A stretch of 64,000 bases of DNA from Leucoraja ocellata. Its lineage: Eukaryota. The notes beneath the pieces are model-generated. The model saw only the letters and a program-made list of their open reading frames with translations, did not search any database and was not told the DNA's origin. The stretch is taken from contig JAWMAR010000283.1 in the NCBI GenBank assembly GCA_036785375.1, positions 1,302,001 to 1,366,000 of the forward strand, read 5' to 3'. Below are positions 36,997 through 48,310 of the stretch, one piece after another; the first letter of the stretch is position 1; each line of letters opens with the position of its first letter. A program made the position numbers and the translations under genes.

Positions 36997-38109
36997 GACC
37001 CAACGGGACTCTGTTTTTCTAGTCTCCAATAAAAGTGACAGTAAGACCCGATAAAACATGGACCAGTTTCCATAGCCAAGGCAGGCATGGTAGATGAAAT
37101 CCACCACTGCCATGAAAGTATCAAAGTCTTTCTTATTTGCGCATTTATAAATAGCAGTTAAAAGAACAAAGCAATTCCACACACGGCTGCATTCAACCAA
37201 CAGATCCTTGTTAATGCAATTCACTTGTATCTGTAAAAGTTGCATTCGTACCCATTTTCATTACGCATAGCCGGAACAAAGTACTATTTTGGAGGCTGGG
37301 TCAAGAAAGGGGAGAAAAAAAATAGTACCAAAATCAACGTAAAGAATTATCAACCTTAGGAGCATTAACATTTAAAGGGTTACGGCCATTCGAGTCATTG
37401 ACAACGCAATTGAGCTCTGAAGGTGGGTTCTCCTCTTTGATGGGGTTAGATGAGAAAGAAGACTGTGTGCCCCATTGAGTTTCATATTTCTATTCAGTTG
37501 CCTATCACAATGACAGCATAGTTGTCAATTTTCTCAGAGCAATAGGCGTAAGTGCAGCAAACAACCAGAGACTGAAAAATATTATCTGCAACAAAAATAA
37601 ATTGAGTTTAAAATTACTAGCCTCAATTACAGTGAACTGCCATTCCCTAATACCTGACAAAGAAGAAACCATATTTATTTACATATTTCCATACTTATGA
37701 AAGAATACAGACAACATTCAAATCCCTGCTGTAATCCAAGAACCCGTTAAGACGAAAGAATGACAAAAATGCAAGTCGCTCCAAACTAGAAGCACTATAA
37801 ACAGCTCCCACTAGATTTCCTCATTCACCAGACATACTGTACATACAGCAGACCACAAAACTCTCGTCTGAAGATTAGGGTGAATGCATTTCAAGAATCT
37901 TGACTAAAATCTGACTGGTGTGGTCCAATCATAAATACTGCACATGCACACAGAGATGGGTTCTGCTGCAATAAATAAAAGCCTGCAGTGTTAATGCTTC
38001 CAAAATTCCTCTGGTTACCAGCTCATTATACTGAGACTTTTATTTCAAGTCCAAGGATAAAGCCACCATCAACAAAAAAGATAGTAAATCTTCTTTCTGT
38101 TATTAGTGA

Positions 38110-38305
38110 CCACGACCCCGACCACAGATGAACAAAGGAAGAGGACTGATAAAGTTATTGTCTTCCACCACAGTGAAGAATGTTGATTCCACTGTGGTGG
38201 ATGTTCATGTTATATTTTATAGTGTATGTGTGCTCTTTTGTTTGTATGGCTGCATGGTAAATCAAATTCCACTGTACCTTAATTGGTGCATGTGGCAATA
38301 AATGA
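38110..38305 (+). mobile_element. 3' fragment of the stem-loop retroposon family
   Basis: Stem-loop at 38164-38201, then TGTATGGCTG and tail CATGTGGCAATAAA. Confidence 0.6.
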
Positions 38306-39237
38306 GCTTCTTTCTTGTTAGTGAAAGACTATTTTGTATTAATGATGTATGTACATTAATTCTACTGAACAATGCAGCTACTGGAAAAACAAGCAGGACC
38401 GTGTGCGTACTGTGCTGCTGTGCAGAATCTGATGGGGATTACAGTTTCAAGTTTTCAAAAGGGAAAGTTTATCCTACTCCAAGTTCAATTGTGCAGTTTC
38501 AGTGAAAGCATCTTAAACAAGCCAAAAGTTTGTGGATTGAGAGACTTGGCAGAGACTGACTCTCCAGTTGTGTGCCTATTTCAGAACATCAGAACAGAAG
38601 CCAGCCACATGGCCATTTGAATCGGGTCCATCATTCAATTAGGTCATGGCTGTTCTGTATCTTAATTCTGTCTACCCATACGTGTTCAAAATCTTTCAGA
38701 CCTTCTCAAAATCTATCAGGTACACAAAACCAAAAGAAATTTCAGATAAATTTGCAGCATTGGAGGGAGCAATTTGGCCCAACATGCCCATTATGGGCAC
38801 AAAATAAAAATTCTCAGACCTATCCCCAAATTATCACAATTCTCCCATAAACAGTCCTGACAAACATGTTAAAAAGACAACATAGGAGGAACTGAAGGCA
38901 CAATATTGATCCACGAAGATGACACCCAAACTGACATGCTATATCTATCCAGAAAGGCCAAACAATGTGTCAGTGAGTCAGGCTTTTCTCATTAAATAAA
39001 AGACTGATGGTTTATCTGAGAGAGGTTTGTGCTTAAGATGAACAGCTTTGTGGAGTACAGCCAGAGAAGATATTCATATTAGCAGAAAAAACTGGTACAA
39101 TGGCCTTAAATGCAAAACAGTCACTAACAAATTTAATTGTAAATTCAGATCTTACTCATAGGGGATGATTAGGGGAAGCTCACTATCAAAAAGTAACTGA
39201 GCTGATTATCCCAGATGTCATTAAAGCAAAGCTAGAT

Positions 39238-40092
39238 TCAAAGGTTGAAAGGTTCATTTATTGTCACATACACCAGTAGTGAAATTCAAGTTGCCATTGC
39301 AGCACACTAATAAGAATACAACACAACATTAAAGAAGAATTTAACATAAAACATAAAAACATCCCCCCACAATGGTTCCCACTGTGAGGGAAGGCACAAA
39401 GTCCAGTCCCCATCCCCTTGTCTACCCATAGTCGGGCCTATTGAGGCCTCCGCAGTACACGCTATGGGGCCCGATGTTTCAGGCCGTTCTCGCCGGGTGA
39501 TGGTGCTCCGGCGTCAGGAGCACCCTCTCAGCGGCTTGGAATGCCTGGAATGGCCGCATCCTTACCGGAGACCACAGCTTCTGAAGCCAACAGGCCGCAC
39601 TGGATGGAGCTCCACCACTGGCGATCTCGGCGGGAGATCCCAGGCTCCCGATGTAAAGTTCAGCGCTGCCGCCCGCAGCTGGCCGCTCCACAGACCTGCA
39701 GCTCCGCAATGTTTCATCGGCGGTCCCAGCATGCCGGAGTTCCAGCGCGGCAACCCGGGCAAGGCATCGCCCGCTCCTCGATAGCGCTCCGGCGCTGTGC
39801 CGCCACCGATGCCGAGGCTCTGGCCGGTCCCCTCAGGAAACGCCGCTCCAGACCCGCTGGTAGGCCGCGAGGACGGGTCGAAGGTGCTGCTCGGACGAAA
39901 ACCACCTCTCCGACCAGGTAGGGACTGTGAAAAGCAGTTTCCCCCTTCCCTCCCCCCCGTCCCCCAACCCCCCACATAAAAAAGACTAAACCTCCAAAAA
40001 CAAAACACTTTAACTCACTAAAAATAAAAAAGAGGTGAAAAAACGGACAGCTGCAGGCTGGGCAGCCATACCCATACAGGACAGCACCCCCT
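39238..40092 (-). mobile_element. GC-rich stem-loop retroposon, apparently full length
   Basis: Same layout as 17484-18543: GGCTGC head, T tract, G tract, hairpin, GC body, 3' stem-loop at 39362-39391, TGTGACAATAAA tail. Confidence 0.65.
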
Positions 40093-40252
40093 ATATCCCT
40101 ATAAAGAGATAGACAAGGGATAAAGGAGAGGGAGAAAGGAAAGGAAGACATTTCGTTGATGGGGTGATGAAAAGGCATGAGAGGAGACACCTTAAGGGCA
40201 GAGGCACCGGCCTAGGACTGGGTCGCAAGGACCAGTCCCCATTTTGTAAATA

Positions 40253-40444
40253 CAGTAAAACTCCAAAAATCCAGCACTCCTGGGGCTTGGATCGAACGGA
40301 ACTCAGGTTTTCCAGATTGTCCACATTCCTGAACCCAGCCTATTGCCCAATGCTCAGCTGGCACTCCAGATCACCGAGTCCGACTGTACATCCTGCTTGC
40401 AGTTCACATTCCAGATGCCCGACCAGATTACTGGTATTTTACTG
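40253..40444. mobile_element. Tc1/mariner-pogo (Tigger-like) MITE
   Basis: TA|CAGTAAAACTCCAAAAATCC ... CCAGATTACTGGTATTTTACTG|CA. Confidence 0.5.
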
Positions 40445-40893
40445 CACAGTTCGAAATGGTGTGTTTCAGACAAGACGTTAAACCATAGCCGCTTCTGGTC
40501 TCTCACGTAAACATTAAGTTGCCCACAGCAGATTTTCAAAATAGAGGAATGGAGTTATCCCTCTATCAACATCAATGAAACTGACTATCTGCCATAATTA
40601 GAGTGTCCGTGGAGGCTTGCTGCATGCAGATCTGCTGCTGTACAATATGACCAGCCTTGGTAAAATACAGTCCTTGATGCACTTAGAGGAATAGAGTCTT
40701 ACAGCATGAAACCAGACCCTTCAGCCCACATTGCCCATGTCAACCCCAGGGTCCCATCTGCACGAGTCCCATATGTGCGCATTTGTCCATATCCCCCTCA
40801 ACCTTTCCGATCCATAAAATGGGCACATAACAGAAATAATTTAACTTTTCAACAGTAAACGAACAATACAATTACTGAAAATTATTTGCAACA

Positions 40894-42035
40894 TCTATCT
40901 ATATTACTAAAAGTCTGATCTTGACCACTTCCTGTTGTACTGTATATTGATTTTAGAAAAAGCGCTACCACTTACGGCTGTGATTTTTGGCCATCTTACT
41001 CAGTCCCCCTCCGCTCATCAGGTGCAGAGGATTCTTCCCATCAATGAAAAATAAAAGTGTAGTGCTTAAAAAATGTTGAGAATCGCTCTCCTATCAATCA
41101 CACCATGAAGGCCACGCCCCTTCCACTGGGAGTGGGGAGGGATTATAAAACCTGGAAGTGCGAGTGTGGTTCAGTCTCTGCAAGATGGGGGAGGGAGAGG
41201 TCACGACTTTGTCTGAGCTGTGAATCAACTGAACACACTGAATGTCCACTGAACTGTGAGTGTGGTGTTTATGTGGTGTTTTGTGTGGTTTTATGGTGGT
41301 TTCACCCTGCTTGAAATGGTATGAAACTACACTTGAATGCAGTGGCCTTGCACCCTGCATGAAATGGTATGAAACTGCACTTGAATTTGGTGGCCTTGCA
41401 CCCTGCTTGAAGTGGCATGAAACTGCATGTGAATTTGGTGGCCTTGCACCCTGCTTGAAATGGTAGGAAACTGCACGAGTTTGGTGGCCTTGCACCCTGC
41501 TTGAAATGGTAGGAAACTGCACTTGAATTTGGTGGCCTTGCACCCTGCTTGAAGTGTTATGAAACTGCACTGGAATTCGGTGGCCTTGCACCCTGCTTGA
41601 AGTGGTCGGAAACTGCACTTGAATTCGGTGGCCTTGCACCCTGCTTGAAGTGGTAGGAAACTGCTGAATCTGGTGGCCTTGCACCCTGCTTGAAGTGGTA
41701 GGAAACTGCATTTAAATTTGGTGGCCTTGAACCCTGCTTGAAATTTCTAGGAATAGCCGTGTCAACTGCCAACCCACCAGCCGTGAGTGAGCTGCCAGCA
41801 AATGAGGCTTGAGTGACTGAGCTGCCACCCTAAGAATCCATTTGGCCCACAATGTCCATACTAGCCCTCTGGAAACAAGTCCCTTCAGTCCACAACAGCC
41901 ATACTAGCGATCCAAACCCCCCCCCCCCCCCCCACTGGCCACCAATATTGGAATTGGTGGAGGGGTGGAATATTGCGTTGGGGGAACCAGCCCTCCCGTG
42001 TGAACATGGGACCTAACGGGTCCCACTTGGTCTAG
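40894..42035 (+). mobile_element. Non-autonomous Helitron
   Basis: 5' A|TCTATCTATATTACTAAAAG, 3' hairpin TGGGACCT-AAC-GGGTCCCA (42007-42025), then CTAG|T at 42032-42036. Confidence 0.8.
41303..41745. repeat. 48-bp minisatellite (~9 units) inside the Helitron
   Basis: Unit GAAACTGCACTTGAATTTGGTGGCCTTGCACCCTGCTTGAAGTGGTAG, abutting copies with no spacers. Confidence 0.95.
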
Positions 42036-42846
42036 TATTATTACCAAAACTCTCATCTTGACCACTGTCTGCGTTGTTTTTCAATTTGCGCAAACCACTG
42101 TCTGGGTTGTTTTTCAATTTGCGCAAAAACGATCCTCCATTGCGCTACGATTTTTCACCATGTTACTCGCCATTCTCCTCTGCTGTCAAATAAGTTTTGT
42201 TCCGATTGGTGAAATAGTACAAATGTTATGAAGGTTTAAATGTCGTAAAAACCGCCCCTTCCGGAACCCGCTGTCAAAAATGGCAGCGGGGAGAATAAAA
42301 AGCTGAAGGGGAGGATTGTGTTGAGCAGTTTGCGGAGAGTGTGCAGCTCGCGGAGAGTGAGCAGCTCACGGGCTGCTTCTGCGACGACCAGCACGACCAG
42401 CCGGAAGCTGCTGAGTTGAACCGGAAGCCTCTGAGTGAATCCGGAGTGGGTCCAGGATCTGATGCATGAGGCCGAAAGCTGAAGGTGCGGGGTGTGCAGA
42501 GTGGGAGTTGCTTCTGCTGCGACCACCCCCCCTCCCCACACCCCACTTCCCCCAAACCCCCCTCCATTCCCCACATCCCCCCTTCCGCCACCCACAACCC
42601 ACCCTTCCCCACCCCCCCCCCCTTCCCCACAACCCCTCCTTTCCGCACACCCCCTCCCTCCCCCTCACCCCAACTCCCCCCCCCCCCCCCCACACCCCCT
42701 CTCCTGAGTGGTGAAATATTGCTTCGGGGAAACGAGTTGCGTTGGGGGAACTGGTGAGTGGTGGAATATTGCGTTGGGGAATGGGTTGCGTTGGGGGGAC
42801 CAGGCCTCCTGTGTGACTGGGACCCAACGGGTCCCATTTAGCCGAA
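42036..42846 (+). mobile_element. Second Helitron, head-to-tail with the first
   Basis: 5' end TATTACCAAAACTCTCATCTTGACCAC resembles the first copy. 3' hairpin TGGGACCCAACGGGTCCCA at 42818-42836, with a degenerate CTAG. Confidence 0.7.
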
Positions 42847-45344
42847 TATTATACTTAAAAGTGTCAAACAGAATTCAAGGAAAATCATACATAATAATTT
42901 TAAACATCATACACTAAAAGAATGTATAGCAGCAAATCATGGGAGGCTGAGAAAAGACACTAAAACTGTTTTTCCAAGTAGAAACAGACTAAGGTAAACA
43001 TACAATGTTGAACTAAAGATTTATCTTGCACAATATTTTGGTTTTAGTCGCAACATTTATATGTAAACAATTACATGCTTTTTAAATCACCCCCTTGCGT
43101 TCTTCAAAACGAAACAAACTAACAGTAGCTCCCATTTCTGTTTCTTTGAACAAGGCTTTAACCTGACAAAACAGCCAAAGACAATCTCTCAGAAGCTCTT
43201 TGAAACATGGTATTCCAGAGTCACTGAAACCCCACCACAAAACTGAAGACATTAAATAGATCTATTATTGTTTTGATATTAAATAAATTTACACGTGGCC
43301 ACTCTCCACTTTGTTATTCAAAACGCTATTGGAAAAATAATGTACAGGAAGGTATCAGTTCCTAAATGATAAAAGTGAGAAAAGTATTATAACCTAATCG
43401 ATCAACATTTTTCATAATTTTCTCAAAAATTCAACATTCCACTGTGGACTTCATGCAAAGAACTGTGTCAAATGCAAACACACAAATGCAAACAATTCTC
43501 TACGTTGAACAGAAGAAGATGCATGTTAAATACAAATGGCCAACTGTAATACTCCTATTAAACTAAGTGATGATGCATACCAGGCGCAATCGCATATTGA
43601 AATGATCATACAATATACTTATTTAAATCTGTATGGAGTTAGTATGTTCTCCTTGTGATCATTTAGGTTTTCTCTGAGTGTTCCGGTTTCCTTTGGCTCC
43701 GAAGGGCCTGTTTCTACCCTGTATCTTCAAAGTACAGCACCTTGACAAATACAGCACCTTGACTTAAGGTGCTGTATTTGTGTAATTCAGGGTCTTGATC
43801 CGAAATGATCATTCCTCCCCCTTCAACCTCCCCTCCTCCAAAATCCAAAGTTCCTTCAACTATTTTGATTTTTTACCCTAAACTACATGTACAACTTGAA
43901 ACCAAGTTAACAATCATTAAAATGCTTCCTGCCTGCATGATCAATTGTCAAACACAAAACAAATAAAAATCACAATCACATAATTGTAACTATAAAACAA
44001 GTCAGCTTCCTTGCTATCGAAACAAGAAGCCAGTGTAAAAACAATTGTTATTTTATGTCTAGACAGTCAATTGGTGCATAAAGGACAATTAAAAACTGTT
44101 ATACTGCCGTGAAATAGGTAAATGCCAAAAATACGAAAGAAAAATTATTGATTTCTAAATCTTTGAGAAGTATATGTGAATACCAACTAAAATCAAAGTA
44201 AATGTTTTTTTCACTGCATTTCTATGTTGGATAGCCAGCTGCCTGAAGGTTGTTCAGGTAAGCAGTCATTTGTCAGCTGAGGGTTTAAGTGATGATCACC
44301 CTGAGAGTATTTTAGAATAGGCAACACCTATTCCACCACCTGACATCAAATTGCACACTATTCCTCCTGATTTTACAAAAAATTATTGAGTGTACAATCA
44401 CATTACTGCACAAGCATGTTAATCTCAATGCAGTTTAAAGATTTGGTTGCACTACATCATTTTTACAGTGACACTGTCAGTACTACAGATTTGGCAGTCG
44501 ATGGATTTTTTCCTTGTTTTTCCATGTTGCTGTTCCCACTTGGGATACTGCACTCACGACCCCATGTATTTGGGGGAAAGGGATAAAAACAAAACAATAG
44601 CCCATTGATATTTTGTCACATTTGATGAGATACTCCAAATCATATTCCATACACAAGGGAGACAGATCCATTCCCTTAATTTGATTATCCAAAAGTGGAA
44701 TGAATAACACGGAAAATTAGAAAATCCACAGATGCCGAATCTGTAGCACAGATTACATAGTGATGTTTAATGCATGCAACCGATTTTTTTTTTAAACGGC
44801 AGGGAAAGTGAGTAATTTGACAGATCATACACACACAGGAGCTTTCTTTTGAAGTGAGAGCCAAGGCTGCAATTAGACTGGGAAACTTACAATCGCCGCT
44901 GTATTTCTGATCACGGTGCTTTGTGAAGAGGAATGCAAGGCATGCAGCTGACAGACTCATGAATTAGAATTGCAATGGTCTCGAACTGACGATTAGCAAA
45001 AAAGCCTTCAACCAATCACTAGAAAACTCAAAGTAATTAGGTTCCGCGACTATTCCAGCAGACTCGAACTTCAACTGAAAACTGATTTCCGCAACACTTT
45101 TCCGGTGAGTTTATAAATCCACTCTAAACTATTTTTTTTCACGCTTTCCTGAACACGGCTGACTTTGCCCCCCCTCGGTCTCGAAAATGTTGCATCGTTC
45201 CTGGGAGGGTTTGAGCGGTCTTGACTAAATGTTGTTAACAGGCAGACGAGAAATAAAATCCCAGTTCCGCCACCGAGCAAGATTGCATTTCTAATCCGTG
45301 TCTTTCAAAGAAGTTCAGGGCAATTTGCAGGATTTCTGACTCAC

Positions 45345-45450
45345 CAAACGCCTCTCCTTTCCCCAAGTTCTGCTCCCATTGACTTTTGCTTTGCTGCCCC
45401 AGTCTCCAACGGCAAGTGACCAGAAACTGCAGCCGCAGCTTGCAGTCAGT
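45345..45450 (-). other. Candidate alternative non-coding first exon (5' boundary approximate)
   Basis: Donor TTG|GTGAGT on the minus strand (GT at 45344-45343). Confidence 0.4.
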
Positions 45451-45753
45451 CACCACCTTCCAGCACACACACACCTCTGCCCACCCGTCTTCCTGCACAC
45501 ACACCCCTCTCCCCAAGCCCTAACCCATCCACCTCTCTCTCCACGCCTTCGCCCACCCACCTTAACCCACCCCTCTGTCCACCCATCTTCCCGCACACGA
45601 TACTCTTCCCCTCCACCCCTTCCCACCCCTCTCCCCACGCCTTCACATCTGCCCTCTCCATCACCTCTGCCCCCTCCACCTTCCTTCCCCTCACTCACTC
45701 ACTCACTGATTCAGCTCGCTCACCACCCTCCCCTCCCCTCCCCTCCAACCTAC

Positions 45754-45900
45754 CGGCAGGCTGGTCCGCAGGTGTGCAAGAAGAAACTTAACCGTAAACA
45801 GTTCTGTGCTCACTCGAGCAGTCCGTATCCAGAGGCTGTGCGGGCGGGGCGGGCGAAGCTGCCACTTGCTGCCAGGGGCCGGTGGTCTCCGAGCGACAGC
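45754..45900 (-). other. Candidate non-coding exon 1 (5' boundary approximate)
   Basis: Donor CCG|GTAGGT on the minus strand (GT at 45753-45752), followed by a G-rich intron start. Confidence 0.5.
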
Positions 45901-45985
45901 GTCCTGCCCGCCTGCACCGCCAGAGCCACGCTCGCTACCTCCCCGCGCATGCGCCACGCACCCACCCGCCCACTTCTCCCGCCCC

Positions 45986-46579
45986 GCGTCACGCCCCCCT
46001 ACGCCACTCCCCCAAACCACGCCCTCTTGCGACACACCCTCCTGCGCCACGCCCCCAGCCCACGCCCCCCTACGTCACGCCCCCTGCGTCACGCCCCACT
46101 ACGTCACGCCCTCTTGCGACACACCCTCCTGCGCCACGCCCCCAGCCACGCCCCCCTACGTCACGCCCCCTGCGTCACGCCCCCTCTTGCGCCACGCCCT
46201 CTTGCGTCACACCCTCCTGCGTCACGCCCCTCTGCGCCACACCCTCTGCGTCACGCCCCCGTGCGCCACGCCCCCTGCGTCACCACCCCGCCCCACGCCC
46301 CCTGCAAATGCCCCTTGCGTCACGCCCCAAACCAAGCCCCCACTGCGCCACTCCTTCCAGCCCACGCCCTCCTGCGTCAGCCCCCCCCCACGCCACGCCC
46401 TCTTGAGCCACGCCCACTGCGCCACGCCCCATTGCACAACGCCCCCATGCGGCACTCCCCGCAACGTCACGCCCCCGTGCGCCACGCCCCGCTACGTCAC
46501 GCCCCCGTGTGCCACGCCCCGCAACGTCACGCCCCCCTGCGCCACTCCCCGCTACGTCACGCCCCGTGCGTCACGCCCC
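45986..46579. repeat. GC-rich minisatellite of ~15-16 bp units, (T)GCG(T/C)CACGCCCC / TACGTCACGCCCC
   Basis: Directly visible, roughly 35-40 degenerate units. An 87-bp higher-order duplication starts at 46018 and 46105. It explains the spurious RHAPL-repeat ORFs. Confidence 0.9.
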
Positions 46580-47494
46580 TCTGTTGAAGAAACGTCGGTT
46601 GCATGGCGAAATCAGCGCCGCACTGGACCAATGGACAGCAGGTTAGGACACGTCAACAGAAAGGGTGAAATGAGATTTACAATTAGTTTTTTTTGAAAGA
46701 CACACAGTGTTGGAGTAACTCGCAGTAAAAAGAGTCCAGACCCGGAACATCACCAGAGATGCTGCCTGACCCGCTGAGTTCATGCAGTAGTTTGTGTCCG
46801 TTATTTGGTGCTGGAGTAACTCACTATTGTCAGGCAGCAGCATCGCCGGAGAACATGGGGAGGTGATGTTTCTGGTTTGGACCCTTCGGGCACCTGAATT
46901 ACTGTTAGTTAGGTGTTAATGGAAGATTCATCGAAGCAGTCGCCAGCCAGGCAGTGGGGGAAAGGGGAGCTATTTGGGAAGTTGCCTTTGGCGATAATCA
47001 TATCAGTCTGCTCTTTCAATCTGCCTAATAAATCGAAGGAGAGTGGGGAGTGCTCTCATCCTCGCCGCAATGTTAATCCGTCAAGTAAACAGTAATCACC
47101 TTATCTGTCATTTCGATCACTGGTTGTGGGACGTTGCAGTGCAGCGCTCAATTTCTGTCAGCTCTTGCATTAATTTAATCATTACAACCGCGTGGAGCGA
47201 ATAGCGAAGGATTTATCGACCCGCGTTCTCCCTCGAAGGAACGGTAAACATCGAGGCATATTGCTGGAAAACGGCACTGGGGTATAGATTCAGATTCAGA
47301 GTAAACGGATACATGATAATGATAGATATAATGCATATAACGACAAATGAAAACAGCAGAATAGTGTAAAGTAGTGTTGAAACTTGAAATAGTGCAAACA
47401 AATCTTAAGTTCAATAACAGTAAACCCTCGTTATAACGGACCATGGGGGAGAGGGAGGGAAGAAGGGGTATGTTATTACCGATTGTCTGCTATA

Positions 47495-48147
47495 GGGTGA
47501 TTTCACGACAAAATAATTGTCAGCTGTTAATTGGACAAAATCAGGACATTTTATTATTATTATCCAATTAACAGCTGACAATTATCCCATTAGCTTGCAT
47601 CTGAGTAAAATTCATTTCAAAACGCATTTATGGTTTACGATTATTTAAATGGTAAATGTAGCATTTTCATTTTGCATGTTAAAACCCACCTGAGAACCAT
47701 GGAAGATTTTGCAATTTTAATGATGGGTTTTTCACTTTTAAAACTTTTTATATAACAAGTTAATAACGATAAAACATAATGCCTTACTTTTGATGAAATG
47801 CAGTGAGCAAACGCGATAATTCCCGATATTTTCTATCTTTATATCTCCACGGCCAATGTTTGCTAACCACTTCCGCAATTGTTGCCCCTTCAGCTCCCCC
47901 TTGTCTTTACCTTCGTTTTTCTTTATCTTCTGGACTCTAAAGTAAGATAACTGTGCCTCACGGTCACCCCGAGTGGTACAGTTATTTACAGCTCAAAAAC
48001 GGGCCGTTTTCGCGGTTTTTAACGGGTGTGAAAGTGCGCGTCTCCAGCATCAATAACATGTACCGGAAGTGACGTTTGTACCCCAGTTAAATTTTGCATC
48101 CACGTGGGTGAGGATCTATGATCCAGTGACCTTTCGTGAAATCACCC
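47495..48147. mobile_element. Non-autonomous DNA transposon with perfect 14-bp TIR GGGTGATTTCACGA
   Basis: TATA|GGGTGATTTCACGA ... TCGTGAAATCACCC|TATA. The TSD reads as TATA, or as AT if the terminus is AGGG. Confidence 0.8.
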
Positions 48148-48176
48148 TATAACCGAGGAAGGTATCATTGTATAAG

Positions 48177-48310
48177 TAGTAGAAACAAGCAACTGCAGTT
48201 GTTGGTTAATAGTAAATGGACACAGTGCTGGAGTATCTCAGCGGTCAGGCAGCATCTCTAGAGAACATGGATAGGTTACGATTCAGGTCGAGACCCTTCT
48301 TCAGACTGAA
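48177..48310 (-). mobile_element. Penelope pLTR fragment
   Basis: ...CAGGTCGAGACCCTTCTTCAGACTGA, a degenerate hammerhead on the minus strand. Confidence 0.75.

Larger units (their letters stand above)
45300..46000 (-). promoter_or_regulatory. CpG-island-like promoter / first-exon region, probably of STXBP6
   Basis: Non-transposon GC/CpG-rich block. GC boxes (GGGCGGGGCGGGCG, ~45842-45855), perfect NRF1 palindrome GCGCATGCGC at 45945-45954, and strong minus-strand splice donors. It lies upstream of the acceptor-bearing ATG exon. Confidence 0.7.

Noticed and set aside
36667-37245. ORFs spanning 36.7-37.2 kb
   Set aside because: Artefacts of reading through the N gap.
41303-41745. CRISPR-like array or repeat protein (205-aa ORF)
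   Set aside because: The 48-bp units abut with no unique spacers, there are no cas genes, and the context is a eukaryotic Helitron.
45379-46696. 402-aa and 296-aa Pro/His/Arg-rich ORFs
   Set aside because: They are translations of C-rich promoter DNA and the 15-bp minisatellite, open in several frames, with no recognisable domain.
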